Assembly: GCA_026400845.1 (NCBI GenBank)
Contig: JAPLOH010000053.1
Coordinates: forward strand, 40,411 to 104,410
Direction: 5' to 3'
Origin: Alphaproteobacteria bacterium
GTDB lineage: Bacteria; Pseudomonadota; Alphaproteobacteria; Acetobacterales; Acetobacteraceae
Length of the DNA: 64,000 nucleotides
Part shown: piece after piece, positions 36,728-46,717 of the stretch
How the letters are laid out: each line of letters starts with the position of its first letter
How positions within the stretch are numbered: the stretch's first letter is position 1
The notes under the pieces: model-generated
What the model was told of the DNA's origin: nothing
Database searches by the model: none
What the model saw: the letters and a program-made list of their open reading frames with translations, nothing else
Program-made: the position numbers and the translations under genes

Positions 36728-38017
36728 ATGAGCGACTACAAGGTGAAAGACATCTCCCTGGCCGAATGGGGTGCCAAGGAAATTTCCATGGCCGAGGACG
36801 AGATGCCCGGCCTGATGGCGATCCGCGCCGAATACGGTGCCGGCAAGCCGCTGGCCGGCGCCCGCATCGTCGGCTGCCTGCACATGACCATCCAGACCGC
36901 GGTGCTGATCCAGACGCTCGAGCATCTTGGCGCCACCGTGCGCTGGTCCTCCTGCAATATCTTCTCAACGCAGGACCACGCCGCCGCCGCCATCGCCGCC
37001 ACCGGCACCCCCGTGTTCGCCTGGAAGGGCATGAACGAGGAGGAGTTCTGGTGGTGCATCGAGCAGACCCTGCGTGGGCCGGACGGCTGGACGCCCAACA
37101 TGATCCTGGACGATGGCGGTGACGTCACCGCCATCATGCATCAGAAATATCCCGAGATGCTGAAGGACGTGCGCGGCATTTCCGAGGAGACCACCACCGG
37201 CGTGCACCGCCTGTGGGACATGGCCAAGGCCGGGACTCTGCTGGTACCTGCCATCAACGTGAACGACAGTGTCACCAAGTCGAAGTTCGACAACCTGTAT
37301 GGCTGCCGTGAGTCGCTGGTGGACGCCATCCGCCGCGGGACGGACGTGATGATGGCCGGCAAGGTCGCCGTGGTGAACGGGTTCGGCGATGTCGGCAAGG
37401 GCTCGGCCGCCTCGCTGCGCCAGGCCGGCTGCCGCGTCATGGTCACCGAGGTCGATCCGATCTGCGCGTTGCAGGCGGCGATGGAGGGCTATGAGGTCGT
37501 CACCATGGAAGATGTGGCGCCGCGGGCGGACATCTTCGTCACTGCCACCGGCAATGTTGATGTGATCACGATCGACCACATGCGCGCCATGAAGCACCGC
37601 GCCATCGTCTGCAACATCGGCCATTTCGACAGCGAGATCCAGGTCGACGCCCTGCGCAACTACACCTGGGACAACGTGAAGCCGCAGGTCGATGAGGTGT
37701 GCTTTCCCGATGGCAAGCGCCTCATCCTGCTCTCCGAGGGCCGCCTGGTGAACCTTGGCAACGCTACCGGCCACCCGAGCTTCGTGATGTCGGCGAGCTT
37801 CACCAACCAGACCCTGGCCCAGCTTGAACTCTGGACCGCGCCCGCCGGGAAGTATGAGTGTCAGGTCTACACGCTGCCCAAACATCTCGACGAGAAGGTG
37901 GCGGCGCTGCATCTCGCCAAGGTCGGCGCCAAGCTGACCCGGCTGTCGCCGAAGCAGGCCGAGTATATCGGCATGCCCGTCAGCGGCCCGTTCAAGCACG
38001 ACCTCTACCGCTACTAA
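36728..38017 (+). CDS. ahcY: adenosylhomocysteinase
   Basis: 429 aa. Full-length AhcY-like sequence (EMPGLMAIR..., [13 protein letters not shown] motif, C-terminal [10 protein letters not shown]). Confidence 0.97.
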   Translation: MSDYKVKDISLAEWGAKEISMAEDEMPGLMAIRAEYGAGKPLAGARIVGCLHMTIQTAVLIQTLEHLGATVRWSSCNIFSTQDHAAAAIAATGTPVFAWKGMNEEEFWWCIEQTLRGPDGWTPNMILDDGGDVTAIMHQKYPEMLKDVRGISEETTTGVHRLWDMAKAGTLLVPAINVNDSVTKSKFDNLYGCRESLVDAIRRGTDVMMAGKVAVVNGFGDVGKGSAASLRQAGCRVMVTEVDPICALQAAMEGYEVVTMEDVAPRADIFVTATGNVDVITIDHMRAMKHRAIVCNIGHFDSEIQVDALRNYTWDNVKPQVDEVCFPDGKRLILLSEGRLVNLGNATGHPSFVMSASFTNQTLAQLELWTAPAGKYECQVYTLPKHLDEKVAALHLAKVGAKLTRLSPKQAEYIGMPVSGPFKHDLYRY

Positions 38018-38028
38018 CCGATCGCCAG

Positions 38029-38050
38029 CCGGCCGGGGCAACCCGGCCGG
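38029..38050 (+). terminator. GC-rich hairpin just after ahcY (possible terminator, no clear U tract)
   Basis: ccggccggg-gcaa-cccggccgg, 11 nt after the ahcY stop. Confidence 0.35.
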
Positions 38051-38173
38051 TTAGCACCGCATTCACTTTAACGTGGATATCATCGTTTTGCCGTGACGCC
38101 GCCTTGATCGTCGCGCCATACCGAGGCTCGAAAACCCGAGCGCATCAAACGCCCGGGATTTGGAGCCTTACCG

Positions 38174-38407
38174 ATGCCGCAGACGATCGAATTCGACCCC
38201 GAGATGCCCTGCACGATGGCGCTCCGCCGCCGTCTGGCGGAGGGCACGGACCGCAGCTTCGCCGCCGACCTGCTGTTTCTCGAACGCTGGGAAATATCCC
38301 CCGCGCCGGGCAGCGGGGCAGCGCTGCGGGTTTCCCAGATCCGTCGCGCCAATCCGGAACTTGCCGCGGCCATCCGCGCCGAGATCCAGCGGGAGTTGCA
38401 CCGGTAG
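38174..38407 (+). CDS. small hypothetical protein
   Basis: 77-aa ORF with strongly GC-rich third positions. No motif recognised. Confidence 0.4.
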   Translation: MPQTIEFDPEMPCTMALRRRLAEGTDRSFAADLLFLERWEISPAPGSGAALRVSQIRRANPELAAAIRAEIQRELHR

Positions 38408-38515
38408 GAACGGGGGTTTCTTTCGAAGCAGAACCCTCCCGACCGCAAGCGATTTCCTTGCAGCGATCCGCGTGAGGTGGCAGATCAATGCCGCAACGCA
38501 GCATCGGAGGCAGAG

Positions 38516-39226
38516 ATGGCGGTGAACAAGGTCTATCCGGACGCTACAGCAGCACTTGCTGATCTGCTGCGCGACGGGATGACGATCATGGCTGGCGGCT
38601 TTGGCCTGTGCGGCATTCCCGGCGTGCTGATCGAGGCGATCAGGGCTTCGGGGGTGAAGGACCTCGTTTGCATCAGCAACAACGCCGGGGTGGATGATGG
38701 CGGGCTCGGGCTCCTGCTGCAAACCAGGCAGATACGCAAAATGATCAGCTCCTATGTCGGCGAGAACGCCACCTTCGCCAGGCAGTTCCTCGCCGGCGAA
38801 CTCGAGATCGAGTTCAACCCGCAGGGCACTTTGGCCGAGCGCATTCGCGCTGGTGGGGCCGGAATTCCCGCCTTTTTCACCAAAACCGGCGTCGGCACCC
38901 AGATTGCCGAGGGCAAGGACGTGCGGGAGTTCGACGGCGAGCAATATGTGATGGAGCGCGGGCTGTTCGCGGATCTCGCAGTGATCCACGCGTGGAAGGC
39001 GGATACCGAGGGCAATCTGGTCTATCGGAAGACCGCGCGGAACTTCAATCCGATGATGGCCACCGCCGCCAAGACGACGGTGGTGCAGGTGGAGCACCTG
39101 GTGGAGCCCGGCGAGATCGACGCCGACCACATCATCACGTCAGGTATTTTCGTCAAACGCATCGTGCATGTCGGCAATATCGAGAAGCGCATCGAGCAGC
39201 GCACCGTGCGCAAGCGCGCGGCGTAA
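38516..39226 (+). CDS. scoA: 3-oxoacid CoA-transferase subunit A
   Basis: Track ORF 38477..39226. The likely start is [23 protein letters not shown] motif. ScoA/AtoD-like throughout. Confidence 0.9.
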   Translation: MAVNKVYPDATAALADLLRDGMTIMAGGFGLCGIPGVLIEAIRASGVKDLVCISNNAGVDDGGLGLLLQTRQIRKMISSYVGENATFARQFLAGELEIEFNPQGTLAERIRAGGAGIPAFFTKTGVGTQIAEGKDVREFDGEQYVMERGLFADLAVIHAWKADTEGNLVYRKTARNFNPMMATAAKTTVVQVEHLVEPGEIDADHIITSGIFVKRIVHVGNIEKRIEQRTVRKRAA

Positions 39227-39239
39227 GGAGGGCACGCAC

Positions 39240-39875
39240 ATGGCATGGACAAGAGATGAAATGGCTGCCCGCGCCGCCCGCGAGTTGGAGGACGGCTTCT
39301 ACGTCAATCTCGGCATTGGCATCCCCACGCTGGTGGCCAACCATATCCCCGCCGGGATTTCGGTGCAGCTGCACAGCGAGAACGGCATGCTCGGCACCGG
39401 GCTGTTCCCCTTCGAGGGTGAGGAGGATGCGGACCTCATCAACGCCGGCAAGCAGACGGTAACCCAACTTCCGACCACCAGCTTCTTCGACAGCGCCGCG
39501 AGCTTTGCAATGGTGCGCGGTGGCCACATCAACATCTCCATCCTCGGTGCGCTTCAGGTGGCCGCGAACGGCGATCTCGCCAACTGGATGATCCCCGGCA
39601 AGATGGTGAAGGGGATGGGTGGCGCGATGGATCTCGTGGCCGGTGTCAAGCGCGTGGTGGTGCTGATGGAGCACACCGCCGGCGGCAAGCCGAAGCTGCT
39701 GAAATCCTGCACTTTGCCGCTCACCGGCGCTGCCGTGGTGGATATGGTGATCACCGATCTCGGCGTGTTCAGGACCGGCCGTAGGGGGGCTACGTTGACT
39801 CTGCTGGAGACGGCCCCGGGGGTCAGCGTGGCGGAAATCCGGGCGCAGACGGAGGCGGAGTTCGACGTGGCATGA
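39240..39875 (+). CDS. scoB: 3-oxoacid CoA-transferase subunit B
   Basis: Track ORF 39168..39875. The likely start is ATG 39240 ([16 protein letters not shown]), after aaggag. SENG active-site motif (HSENGMLG). Confidence 0.9.
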   Translation: MAWTRDEMAARAARELEDGFYVNLGIGIPTLVANHIPAGISVQLHSENGMLGTGLFPFEGEEDADLINAGKQTVTQLPTTSFFDSAASFAMVRGGHINISILGALQVAANGDLANWMIPGKMVKGMGGAMDLVAGVKRVVVLMEHTAGGKPKLLKSCTLPLTGAAVVDMVITDLGVFRTGRRGATLTLLETAPGVSVAEIRAQTEAEFDVA

Positions 39876-40335
39876 AAGACGGTGGCTCGGCGTAGTGTAC
39901 TGTGGCGCCGACATAGAGGGCACCTAGGCCGAGCCGATCGTCATGGCCGGCCTGCCAAACGAGCGTGTCGTCAGGCCGGGTTTCATGCAGGAGCATATGG
40001 TGGACCGCGAGGGCCACGGCATCGGCCTCGGCAAGCGCCTGAGTGACCCAGTCCGGCAAAGCGTCGTAGCACCAGGTCCGATCGCCGATCACCACAGCGG
40101 CGCGGCAGCCGCGATCGGGGATGATGGGGGTGCGGGGATCGGGCCAGCCCATGAATTCCGCCATTGCCGCGTCGAAGACTTCGACGCGGGTTGCGGCCCA
40201 TGCGAGGGCGCACGTGGGATCGGCGGCGGGCATTCCACGTGTTGCACGGAGCCATTCGACGAATACCGCAAGGCCGCTTGCCGCGACGCGTTCGGACTCG
40301 GGGTGCCATGCGATTGAAACCATGCCGTGTCCCAA
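39823..40335 (-). CDS. hypothetical protein whose N-terminus resembles the N-terminal domain of acetoacetyl-CoA synthetase (possible gene remnant)
   Basis: 170-aa [29 protein letters not shown]...[12 protein letters not shown] resembles the ACAS_N-type N-terminus of acetoacetate-CoA ligases. It is far too short for the ~650-aa enzyme. Its 3' end overlaps scoB by about 50 nt. Confidence 0.35.
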   Translation of the reverse strand: MGHGMVSIAWHPESERVAASGLAVFVEWLRATRGMPAADPTCALAWAATRVEVFDAAMAEFMGWPDPRTPIIPDRGCRAAVVIGDRTWCYDALPDWVTQALAEADAVALAVHHMLLHETRPDDTLVWQAGHDDRLGLGALYVGATVHYAEPPSFMPRRTPPPSAPGFPPR

Positions 40336-40411
40336 AATAGGGGCCTTGATCCGCGCGCCAAGGGGAGGCTATATGCGCCCTCTTCGCGACCCAAGGCGAA
40401 GTTTGCGATGT

Positions 40412-40487
40412 GGGGCCATAGCTCAGCTGGGAGAGCGCCTGAATGGCATTCAGGAGGTCAGCGGTTCGATCCCGCTTGGCTCCACCA
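40412..40487 (+). tRNA. tRNA-Ala (anticodon GGC)
   Basis: 76-nt cloverleaf folded by hand. Acceptor stem ggggcca/tggctcc with the G3:U70 alanine identity pair. Anticodon loop a-t-GGC-a-t. T-loop ggttcgatc. Encoded 3' CCA. Confidence 0.95.
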
Positions 40488-40554
40488 TCCCACCCTTCTC
40501 GATGAAATCCGCGGACACCAACGGGGGCAGCGTGAGCCGCCCCCGCTGAGACAG

Positions 40555-41832
40555 TCAGTTGGATTTCGCGAGTGTCTCGATTTCCTTCTGGCCCCAGGCC
40601 ACGGCGTCCCCCACCGCCGTCTTGTCGACCAGGATCTTCTGCATCACCTTGGTCAGCACATTGGCGTCGAACACCTTGCCGGCGAGTTCGTTGGGCGGGC
40701 CGGCGTGGCCGTCGACGAAGCCTTCCTGGGCGAGCGCCTTGAGGTTGGCGAAGGCGGGGTTGGCGCTGAACAGCGGTATCTGGTCGATCATCGCCGGGTA
40801 GATCGGCACCCAGCGGCCGCCGACCTTCTCGATCGTGGCGCGATAGCGACCGGGTTCGTAGAACCAGCGGAGCCAGTCCTTCGCCAGATCCGGCCGTTTG
40901 GAGGCCTTGGTGACGTGCCACATCCAGGAACCGACGGTGTTGCCGACGACGCCCTTGGGGCCGGGGCCGCGGGGGATGGCGGCCATCACGGTATTGGCCA
41001 GCGTTTTCGGGTCGTTGGCGACCAGCCAGTAGTAGATCGACGGCGGGTTGAAGACGATGGCGCTGCGGCCGGTCTGGTAGGCGACGTTGTTGCCGGAATC
41101 ATCCCAGGTCAACGCGGCGCGGGGGATGATGCGGTCGGTGAGGAACACGTCGGCGAGCCACTGGTAGGCGGCCCTGGTCTCCGGGCTGTCGAACACGATG
41201 GTCTTGCCATCAGCCGCCATCACCGTGCCGCCGTAGGACCAGATGAGGTTGCGGATCTGGCCCTCGGCGTCGGCGGAGGTGCTGACGGTCATGCCGAGCG
41301 CGCCCATTTGCGGGTGCTTGGCCTGGATGGCTTTCGAGACGGCGCGCAATTCATCCCAGGTAGTCGGCACTTTCATGCCGACCTCGGCGACCAGGTCGGT
41401 GCGCACGAACATCGGCGAGATGTCGACCTCGAGCGGCAGGGCGTGGGACTGGCCACCGCTGATGCCGGTCTTGAGGTGCACGTCGAATATTCCGCCGGGG
41501 ACCTTGCGGATATCGGCCAGCACGTCGTCCAGCGAAACAGTGAGGCCGCGGCCGATGTAGAACTGCGACTTCTGGCTGACATGCATGAAGGCGTCGGGCG
41601 GCGCCCCGGCCTGGAAGGCCGCGGCGAGCCGGTCGTTGATGACGTTGGCGGGGACCACCACGTATTCGGCGTTGATGCCCTTGGATTTTCCGAAGGCGGC
41701 GACCTGTTCGCCGATGAAGGCATCGGCGTCCTGGTTGAAGGATTGCAGGCCCCAGACGGTGAGGTCCGCCGCCTCCACTGGCCCGGCCATCAGGCCGAGA
41801 CCGAGAAGCAGTGCTGCCAGTCGCGATCGCAT
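40555..41832 (-). CDS. ABC transporter substrate-binding protein (sugar / CUT1-like)
   Basis: 425 aa. Signal peptide MRSRLAALLLGLGLMAGPVEA. Family-1 solute-binding pattern. Confidence 0.85.
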   Translation of the reverse strand: MRSRLAALLLGLGLMAGPVEAADLTVWGLQSFNQDADAFIGEQVAAFGKSKGINAEYVVVPANVINDRLAAAFQAGAPPDAFMHVSQKSQFYIGRGLTVSLDDVLADIRKVPGGIFDVHLKTGISGGQSHALPLEVDISPMFVRTDLVAEVGMKVPTTWDELRAVSKAIQAKHPQMGALGMTVSTSADAEGQIRNLIWSYGGTVMAADGKTIVFDSPETRAAYQWLADVFLTDRIIPRAALTWDDSGNNVAYQTGRSAIVFNPPSIYYWLVANDPKTLANTVMAAIPRGPGPKGVVGNTVGSWMWHVTKASKRPDLAKDWLRWFYEPGRYRATIEKVGGRWVPIYPAMIDQIPLFSANPAFANLKALAQEGFVDGHAGPPNELAGKVFDANVLTKVMQKILVDKTAVGDAVAWGQKEIETLAKSN

Positions 41833-41859
41833 GAGCGTTCTCCCTTGGTTGTTGCTTGG

Positions 41860-42699
41860 TTACTTCACGCTGCCGGCCGTCAAACCCTCGACGAGGTATT
41901 TCTGGGCGGCGAGGTAGATGACGAGGACGGGGGCGATGGCGATGGCGCAGGCGGCCATCACCTGGCCCCAGATGAACACGTCACCCATCATCATCCCCAC
42001 GAGGCCGCTGGTGATGGTGCGTGCCGCCTCGCTGTAGGTGAAGATCAGGGCGTAGAGGAACTCGTTCCAGGCCTGGGTGAAGGCGAATAGCGCGACCACC
42101 ACCAGCCCGGGCGCGGCTACCGGCACCAGCACATGGATCAACACCTGCATCCGGTTGGCGCCGTCGATGCGGGCGGCCTCATCGAGATCGGTGGGGACGG
42201 TGCGGAGATAGCCGATCAGCATCCAGGTGCAGAACGGCACCGTGAAGGTGAGATAGGCCAGCACCAACCCGGTCAGGCTGTCGATCACGCCGAACTGCTG
42301 CAGCACGAGGAACAGGGGAATGAAAAGCAAGGCCGGGGGCAGCAGATAGGCGGCCACGATGGCGCGGGCCACGATGGCGCGGCCCACGAAACGCATGCGC
42401 GTGATGGCGTAGGCCGCCAGCGTGCCGATCACCACCGCGGCGATGGTGGTGCCGATGGCGACCATCATCGAGTTGCGCAGGAACAGCGGGAAGCGGGTGC
42501 GGCCGAATACGATGCCGTACTGCATCAGCGTGAACGTCTCGGGCCAGGCGGTCGGCGGATAGGCGTAGATCTCCTTCTCCGTCTTCAGCGAGGTGACGAG
42601 GATCCAGTAGATCGGCGCCAGCGACCAAATCAGCAGCACCGCGATGGCAAGCACGAGGCCCACGCGATAAAGTGGGCGGGAGCGGCGGCCGACGATCAT
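41860..42699 (-). CDS. carbohydrate ABC transporter permease (MalG-like)
   Basis: C-terminal 279 aa of track ORF 41860..43692. The likely start is MIVGRRSRPLYRV (ATG 42699), overlapping the upstream permease stop. EAA loop DEAARIDGANRMQVLIHVLVP. Confidence 0.85.
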   Translation of the reverse strand: MIVGRRSRPLYRVGLVLAIAVLLIWSLAPIYWILVTSLKTEKEIYAYPPTAWPETFTLMQYGIVFGRTRFPLFLRNSMMVAIGTTIAAVVIGTLAAYAITRMRFVGRAIVARAIVAAYLLPPALLFIPLFLVLQQFGVIDSLTGLVLAYLTFTVPFCTWMLIGYLRTVPTDLDEAARIDGANRMQVLIHVLVPVAAPGLVVVALFAFTQAWNEFLYALIFTYSEAARTITSGLVGMMMGDVFIWGQVMAACAIAIAPVLVIYLAAQKYLVEGLTAGSVK

Positions 42700-43589
42700 C
42701 GCACCCCCTTCTCGCGCAACATCCGCCGCGTCAGCAGCACGATGATGCCGATGAAAATGGGCATCACCGAAACCAGCACCGCCGCCCCCTGTCCAAGCTC
42801 GTTGCGCTGCAGGCCGTACTGATAGGCCAGTGTCGGCAGGATATGGGTGCGGTTCGCCGGGCCGCCGCCGGTGAGCACGTAGACGGTGTGGAAGGAATTG
42901 AAGGTCCAGATGCTCGACAGCATCACCGTGATGGCAATGACGTCGAGGATGGAGGGGATGGTAATGGTGCGGAAGCGGGACCAGGCACCGGCGCCGTCGA
43001 TCGCGGCCGCTTCGTAGAGTTCGGGCGGGATGGTCATCATGCCGCCGACGAACATCATGATGAAGAAGGGCAGCCCCTGCCATGCCGCCGCGATGGCGAT
43101 CGACCACAACGCCACCTCGGGGTCCGACAACCAGTCGACCGGGAAGGACACCAGGCCGGAGCCGAGCAGGAGAGCGTTCAGCACGCCGGCCTGGTCGTCG
43201 AACATCCAGCGCCAGCCGAGCACGGCGACCAGGCCGGGAACCGCCCAGGGCAGGAAGGCCAGCGCCCGGATGAAATTGCGGCCAGGGAACGGCTGCGTCA
43301 GCAATACCGCCGCCGCGAGGCCGGCGACCAGTTTGGCGGCAACGATGCCGACGGTGAGCACGACGGAATTTCGCAGCGCCATCCAGTAGACTGGATCGTC
43401 CATCAGCCGGGCGAAATTGGCAAAGCCGATGAACTGGCCGGGCTTGGCGACGGCGCGGCTGGTGAAGCTGGTCCAGACGCCGTCGACCAGCGGGTAGGCG
43501 GCGAGCAGGATCAGCACGAGCAGCAGCGGAAGCAGGAAGCCATAGGCCTCCAATTGCCAGCGCCGCACGGCTGCGCGCACGCGGTTCAT
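42696..43589 (-). CDS. carbohydrate ABC transporter permease (MalF-like)
   Basis: 297 aa. EAA loop YEAAAIDGAGAWSRFRTITIP. Confidence 0.85.
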   Translation of the reverse strand: MNRVRAAVRRWQLEAYGFLLPLLLVLILLAAYPLVDGVWTSFTSRAVAKPGQFIGFANFARLMDDPVYWMALRNSVVLTVGIVAAKLVAGLAAAVLLTQPFPGRNFIRALAFLPWAVPGLVAVLGWRWMFDDQAGVLNALLLGSGLVSFPVDWLSDPEVALWSIAIAAAWQGLPFFIMMFVGGMMTIPPELYEAAAIDGAGAWSRFRTITIPSILDVIAITVMLSSIWTFNSFHTVYVLTGGGPANRTHILPTLAYQYGLQRNELGQGAAVLVSVMPIFIGIIVLLTRRMLREKGVR

Positions 43590-43716
43590 CCGGGCGCGCC
43601 GCCGTCCCAGCCGTTTGCCATCGCGTCCTCCATTGGGCGGGTTCTCGCGCTGCCGCTGCGGGGATGATCATCGCGATTGGCCGAGTTGGCAAGTCGGGAT
43701 ACCACCCGACCGGCGT

Positions 43717-45318
43717 TCAGGCGGCAGGTGGTGCGCGTCTGCGATGTTCGGCCATCGTCCGTAGCGCGTCAGCGGCCATCGCCACCACAGGCGCCCACTC
43801 GCCGCTGATGGTTTGGCGCAGAATCCGCAGCGAGGGATACCACGGGCTGTCGTCGCGCCCGGCGAGCCAGCGCCAGCAGGAGTCGTAGCGATCGAGCAGC
43901 AGCACCGGCTTGCCCATCGCGCCGGCGAGATGGGCCACCGAGGTGTCGACGCTTACCACGACGTCGAGATTGGCGATGATCGCCGCGGTATCGGCGAAAT
44001 CGGCGATCTCTGCCGTGAAGTCATGCAGCACAAGTGTATCCGGCCGCGGTTCCGCGGCTGGTGCGCCCTTTTGCAGGCTGACGAGGGTAACCCCCGGGAC
44101 GGCACCGAGCGGAGCCAGATCGGCGAGTGACGCGCTGCGCCGGCGATCGAGCGACGTGAACCAGGGAAGCCATGGCCGCGCCTGGCCCGCCCACACGACG
44201 CCGACGCGCAATCCGTCTTCAGGGAGGCGGGCGTTCCAGGACGGGGTGAGGCCTGGATCAGCGCGAAGATAGGGGATGACGGCCGGAACAGTGTCGAGCG
44301 TGGTGGCGAATGCGCGGGGTAGACTGAATACCGGGACATGCCAGTCGAATGGGGGAATACCTGCCCCCTCCGGCAGGATTTCGACGCCCGGCAGTTGCGC
44401 CATCAACCTGGTCAGCGCTTCCGGCACGCGTAGCAGCACCCGTGCACCGCGGGCCACCAGCATGGGCAGATAGCGGCCGAACTGGAGCGTGTCGCCAAAA
44501 CCTTCCTCATGCCAGGCGAGCACCGTTCGCCCGGCAAGGTCGAGCGTCGCCACGTCTGGCAGCAACAGGTTCATCGGCAAGCCCGGACCACGCCCGGATT
44601 CGAGCCTCGCCTCGTAGTCCGGCCAGGCCTCCGCCATGCGCCCGGCGCGGAGCAGGGTAACCGCGCGATTGAGCCTCAGGCGTGGGTCACTTGGCGCGCA
44701 GGCGATTGCCCGGTCGTGGGCCACGACCGCCGCGTCGAACCGGCCTTCTATTTTCAGGGCCATGCCGAGATTGGTCCAGGCGCCGCCTTCATCCGGATTG
44801 AGGTCGACCGCGCGTTCGAATACCTCGATGGCGCCGGTCGCGTCCCCGCCCTCGAGCAACGCCATGCCCAGCATGTTCCAGCCCGGAGCGAATTCGGGCC
44901 TGCCCGCGAGGCCTCGACGCATGACGGCCGCGGCGGCGCGAGCCTGGCCGCAATCGAGCAGGAATTCCGCCTGGCAATAGGCGAGGTTCACGTCAGCCCA
45001 ATCGAGCGCCGCGCAGTGGGCGAACTGGGTCGCCACCAACGCCGGGTTGCCGGGGGACAAACGCGCGAGATCGGCGCACGGATGCGCAAAGCCGGGCCGG
45101 GCATGGGCGACGTGTTGCAGCAGCGGTGCGGCGCGCCTGGAATCGCCCTGGAGCGCAAGGGCAAGGCCGACCACCAATGCCGCCTCGATGTCCCCGCCAT
45201 CTCCGCGGAAAAAGGGGCTGGCCAGGGCCTCGGCCTCGGCGCCCCGCCCCGCCTCCAGGGCGGCCATTGCGCTGCCGAGGGCGGCTACCCGGGCGGGGTC
45301 GGTGACTGGGGATCGCAT
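43717..45318 (-). CDS. TPR-repeat protein with a C-terminal glycosyltransferase family 9 (heptosyltransferase-like) domain
   Basis: 533 aa. N-terminal TPR units. C-terminal VGVVWAGQ...VSVDTSVAHLAGAMGKPVLLL is typical of GT9. Confidence 0.7.
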   Translation of the reverse strand: MRSPVTDPARVAALGSAMAALEAGRGAEAEALASPFFRGDGGDIEAALVVGLALALQGDSRRAAPLLQHVAHARPGFAHPCADLARLSPGNPALVATQFAHCAALDWADVNLAYCQAEFLLDCGQARAAAAVMRRGLAGRPEFAPGWNMLGMALLEGGDATGAIEVFERAVDLNPDEGGAWTNLGMALKIEGRFDAAVVAHDRAIACAPSDPRLRLNRAVTLLRAGRMAEAWPDYEARLESGRGPGLPMNLLLPDVATLDLAGRTVLAWHEEGFGDTLQFGRYLPMLVARGARVLLRVPEALTRLMAQLPGVEILPEGAGIPPFDWHVPVFSLPRAFATTLDTVPAVIPYLRADPGLTPSWNARLPEDGLRVGVVWAGQARPWLPWFTSLDRRRSASLADLAPLGAVPGVTLVSLQKGAPAAEPRPDTLVLHDFTAEIADFADTAAIIANLDVVVSVDTSVAHLAGAMGKPVLLLDRYDSCWRWLAGRDDSPWYPSLRILRQTISGEWAPVVAMAADALRTMAEHRRRAPPAA

Positions 45319-45356
45319 ACGGGCATAGTCGCCCGCAGCGATTAACCCCGGATGAA

Positions 45357-46655
45357 TCAGGCCGCCTTGCGCCAGCTCAGTTCGGCATCGATCGCGGTGG
45401 CGAAGGCGTCGAGCGTTACCTTGATGTCGGCCTCGGTGTGGGCGGTGGAGATATAGGTCTTGCCGTCGCTTTTCAGCACGCCGTTGGCGCGGATGGTCTG
45501 GTTGAAGCGGCGCACCGCCGCGGCGTCGCTGCGCATGACGGCGCGGTAGTCGTTGAGGTTGCCCTCGGCGAACACCACGTCGAACATTACGGGATGGCCG
45601 AGCACCTGGGCCGGCAGCCCGGCGTGGCGGAGCATTTCGCCGATGGTGTCGATCAGGGTCTGCCCGGTGGCATAGGCGCGCTCGTACTGGCCGGGCTGGC
45701 GCAGCACGGCGAGCGAGGCGAGCCCCGCCACCGCCGCCACCGGATTGCCCGAGAGCGTGCCGATCTGCGTCATGAACTTGTCGTCGCCGACCTTGCCGCG
45801 GTCGAACATCGCCATGATCTCGGCCTTGCCCGCCACCGCCGAAAGCGGAAACCCGCCGCCGATGATCTTGCCCATGGTGCAGATGTCCGGCGTGATCCCG
45901 TACAGCTCCTGCGCGCCCCCGTAGGAGAAGCGAAAGCCGGTCACCACCTCGTCGAAAATCAGGGGAATGCCGAGCTCGGCCGTCACCGCACGAACAGCGG
46001 CGAGAAAGCCGGGGGCCGGGGCGATCAGGCGCTGGAAAGGCTCGACGATCACGCCGCCGAGCTCATCGGCATATTCGCGGATCATCCGCACCGCCGCGTC
46101 GGTGTCGTTGAACGGGGCGACGAGCACCTCGTTCTGCACGCTGCGGGGAATGCCGGGGGTGTCGGGCACGGCCTGCGGAAAGTTGGCGAGGCGCTTCGGC
46201 GCCAGGCTCATCAGCCCCCAATCGGACATGCCGTGGTAGCCGCCCTCGAACTTCAGGATCTTCTCCCGCCCGCGATAGGCGCGCACCAGACGCATCGCAT
46301 ATGCATCGGCCTCGGTGCCGGAGGAGCAGAAGCGCACCTGCTCGGCGCAGGGCACCGCGCGGACGATTTCCTCGGCGAGAAGAATGCCGTGCTCGTTGTT
46401 GGTGAAGAAGGTGGTGCCCCGGCGCACCTGCGCTTCCACGGCGGCAGTGACATCGGGGTGGCAGTGGCCGATGAACATCGGGCCGGAACCGAGCAGGAAG
46501 TCGACATACTCGTTGCCGCTGACATCCCACACCCGGCCGGCGCGGCCCTCGGCGATGACGATCTCCATCGGCACGTTGCCGAAGGTGCCGCCGGGCAGCA
46601 CGCGGCGGGCGATGGTGACGAGTTCCTGTTCGCGCTCGGAGATCGGGTTCGGCAT
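45357..46655 (-). CDS. class-III (PLP) aminotransferase, glutamate-1-semialdehyde aminomutase-like
   Basis: Track ORF 45357..46829. The likely start is MPNPISEREQELV (ATG 46655). SGTEADAYAMRLVRAY ... FDEVVTGFR ... MGKIIGGG, with a Lys that would bind PLP. Confidence 0.85.
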   Translation of the reverse strand: MPNPISEREQELVTIARRVLPGGTFGNVPMEIVIAEGRAGRVWDVSGNEYVDFLLGSGPMFIGHCHPDVTAAVEAQVRRGTTFFTNNEHGILLAEEIVRAVPCAEQVRFCSSGTEADAYAMRLVRAYRGREKILKFEGGYHGMSDWGLMSLAPKRLANFPQAVPDTPGIPRSVQNEVLVAPFNDTDAAVRMIREYADELGGVIVEPFQRLIAPAPGFLAAVRAVTAELGIPLIFDEVVTGFRFSYGGAQELYGITPDICTMGKIIGGGFPLSAVAGKAEIMAMFDRGKVGDDKFMTQIGTLSGNPVAAVAGLASLAVLRQPGQYERAYATGQTLIDTIGEMLRHAGLPAQVLGHPVMFDVVFAEGNLNDYRAVMRSDAAAVRRFNQTIRANGVLKSDGKTYISTAHTEADIKVTLDAFATAIDAELSWRKAA

Positions 46656-46717
46656 GGTGGGCGTCCTTGTGCTGCTACAGACAAGCTCAACACTGCCGGC
46701 AGCATCGCGCAAGGGGT

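Noticed and set aside
41860-43692. 610-aa minus-strand ORF that looks like a fused protein
   Set aside because: Only the C-terminal 279 aa (from ATG 42699) form a MalG-like permease. The N-terminal 330 aa are Arg/Pro/Gly-rich and overlap, out of frame, the genuine MalF-like permease at 42696..43589.
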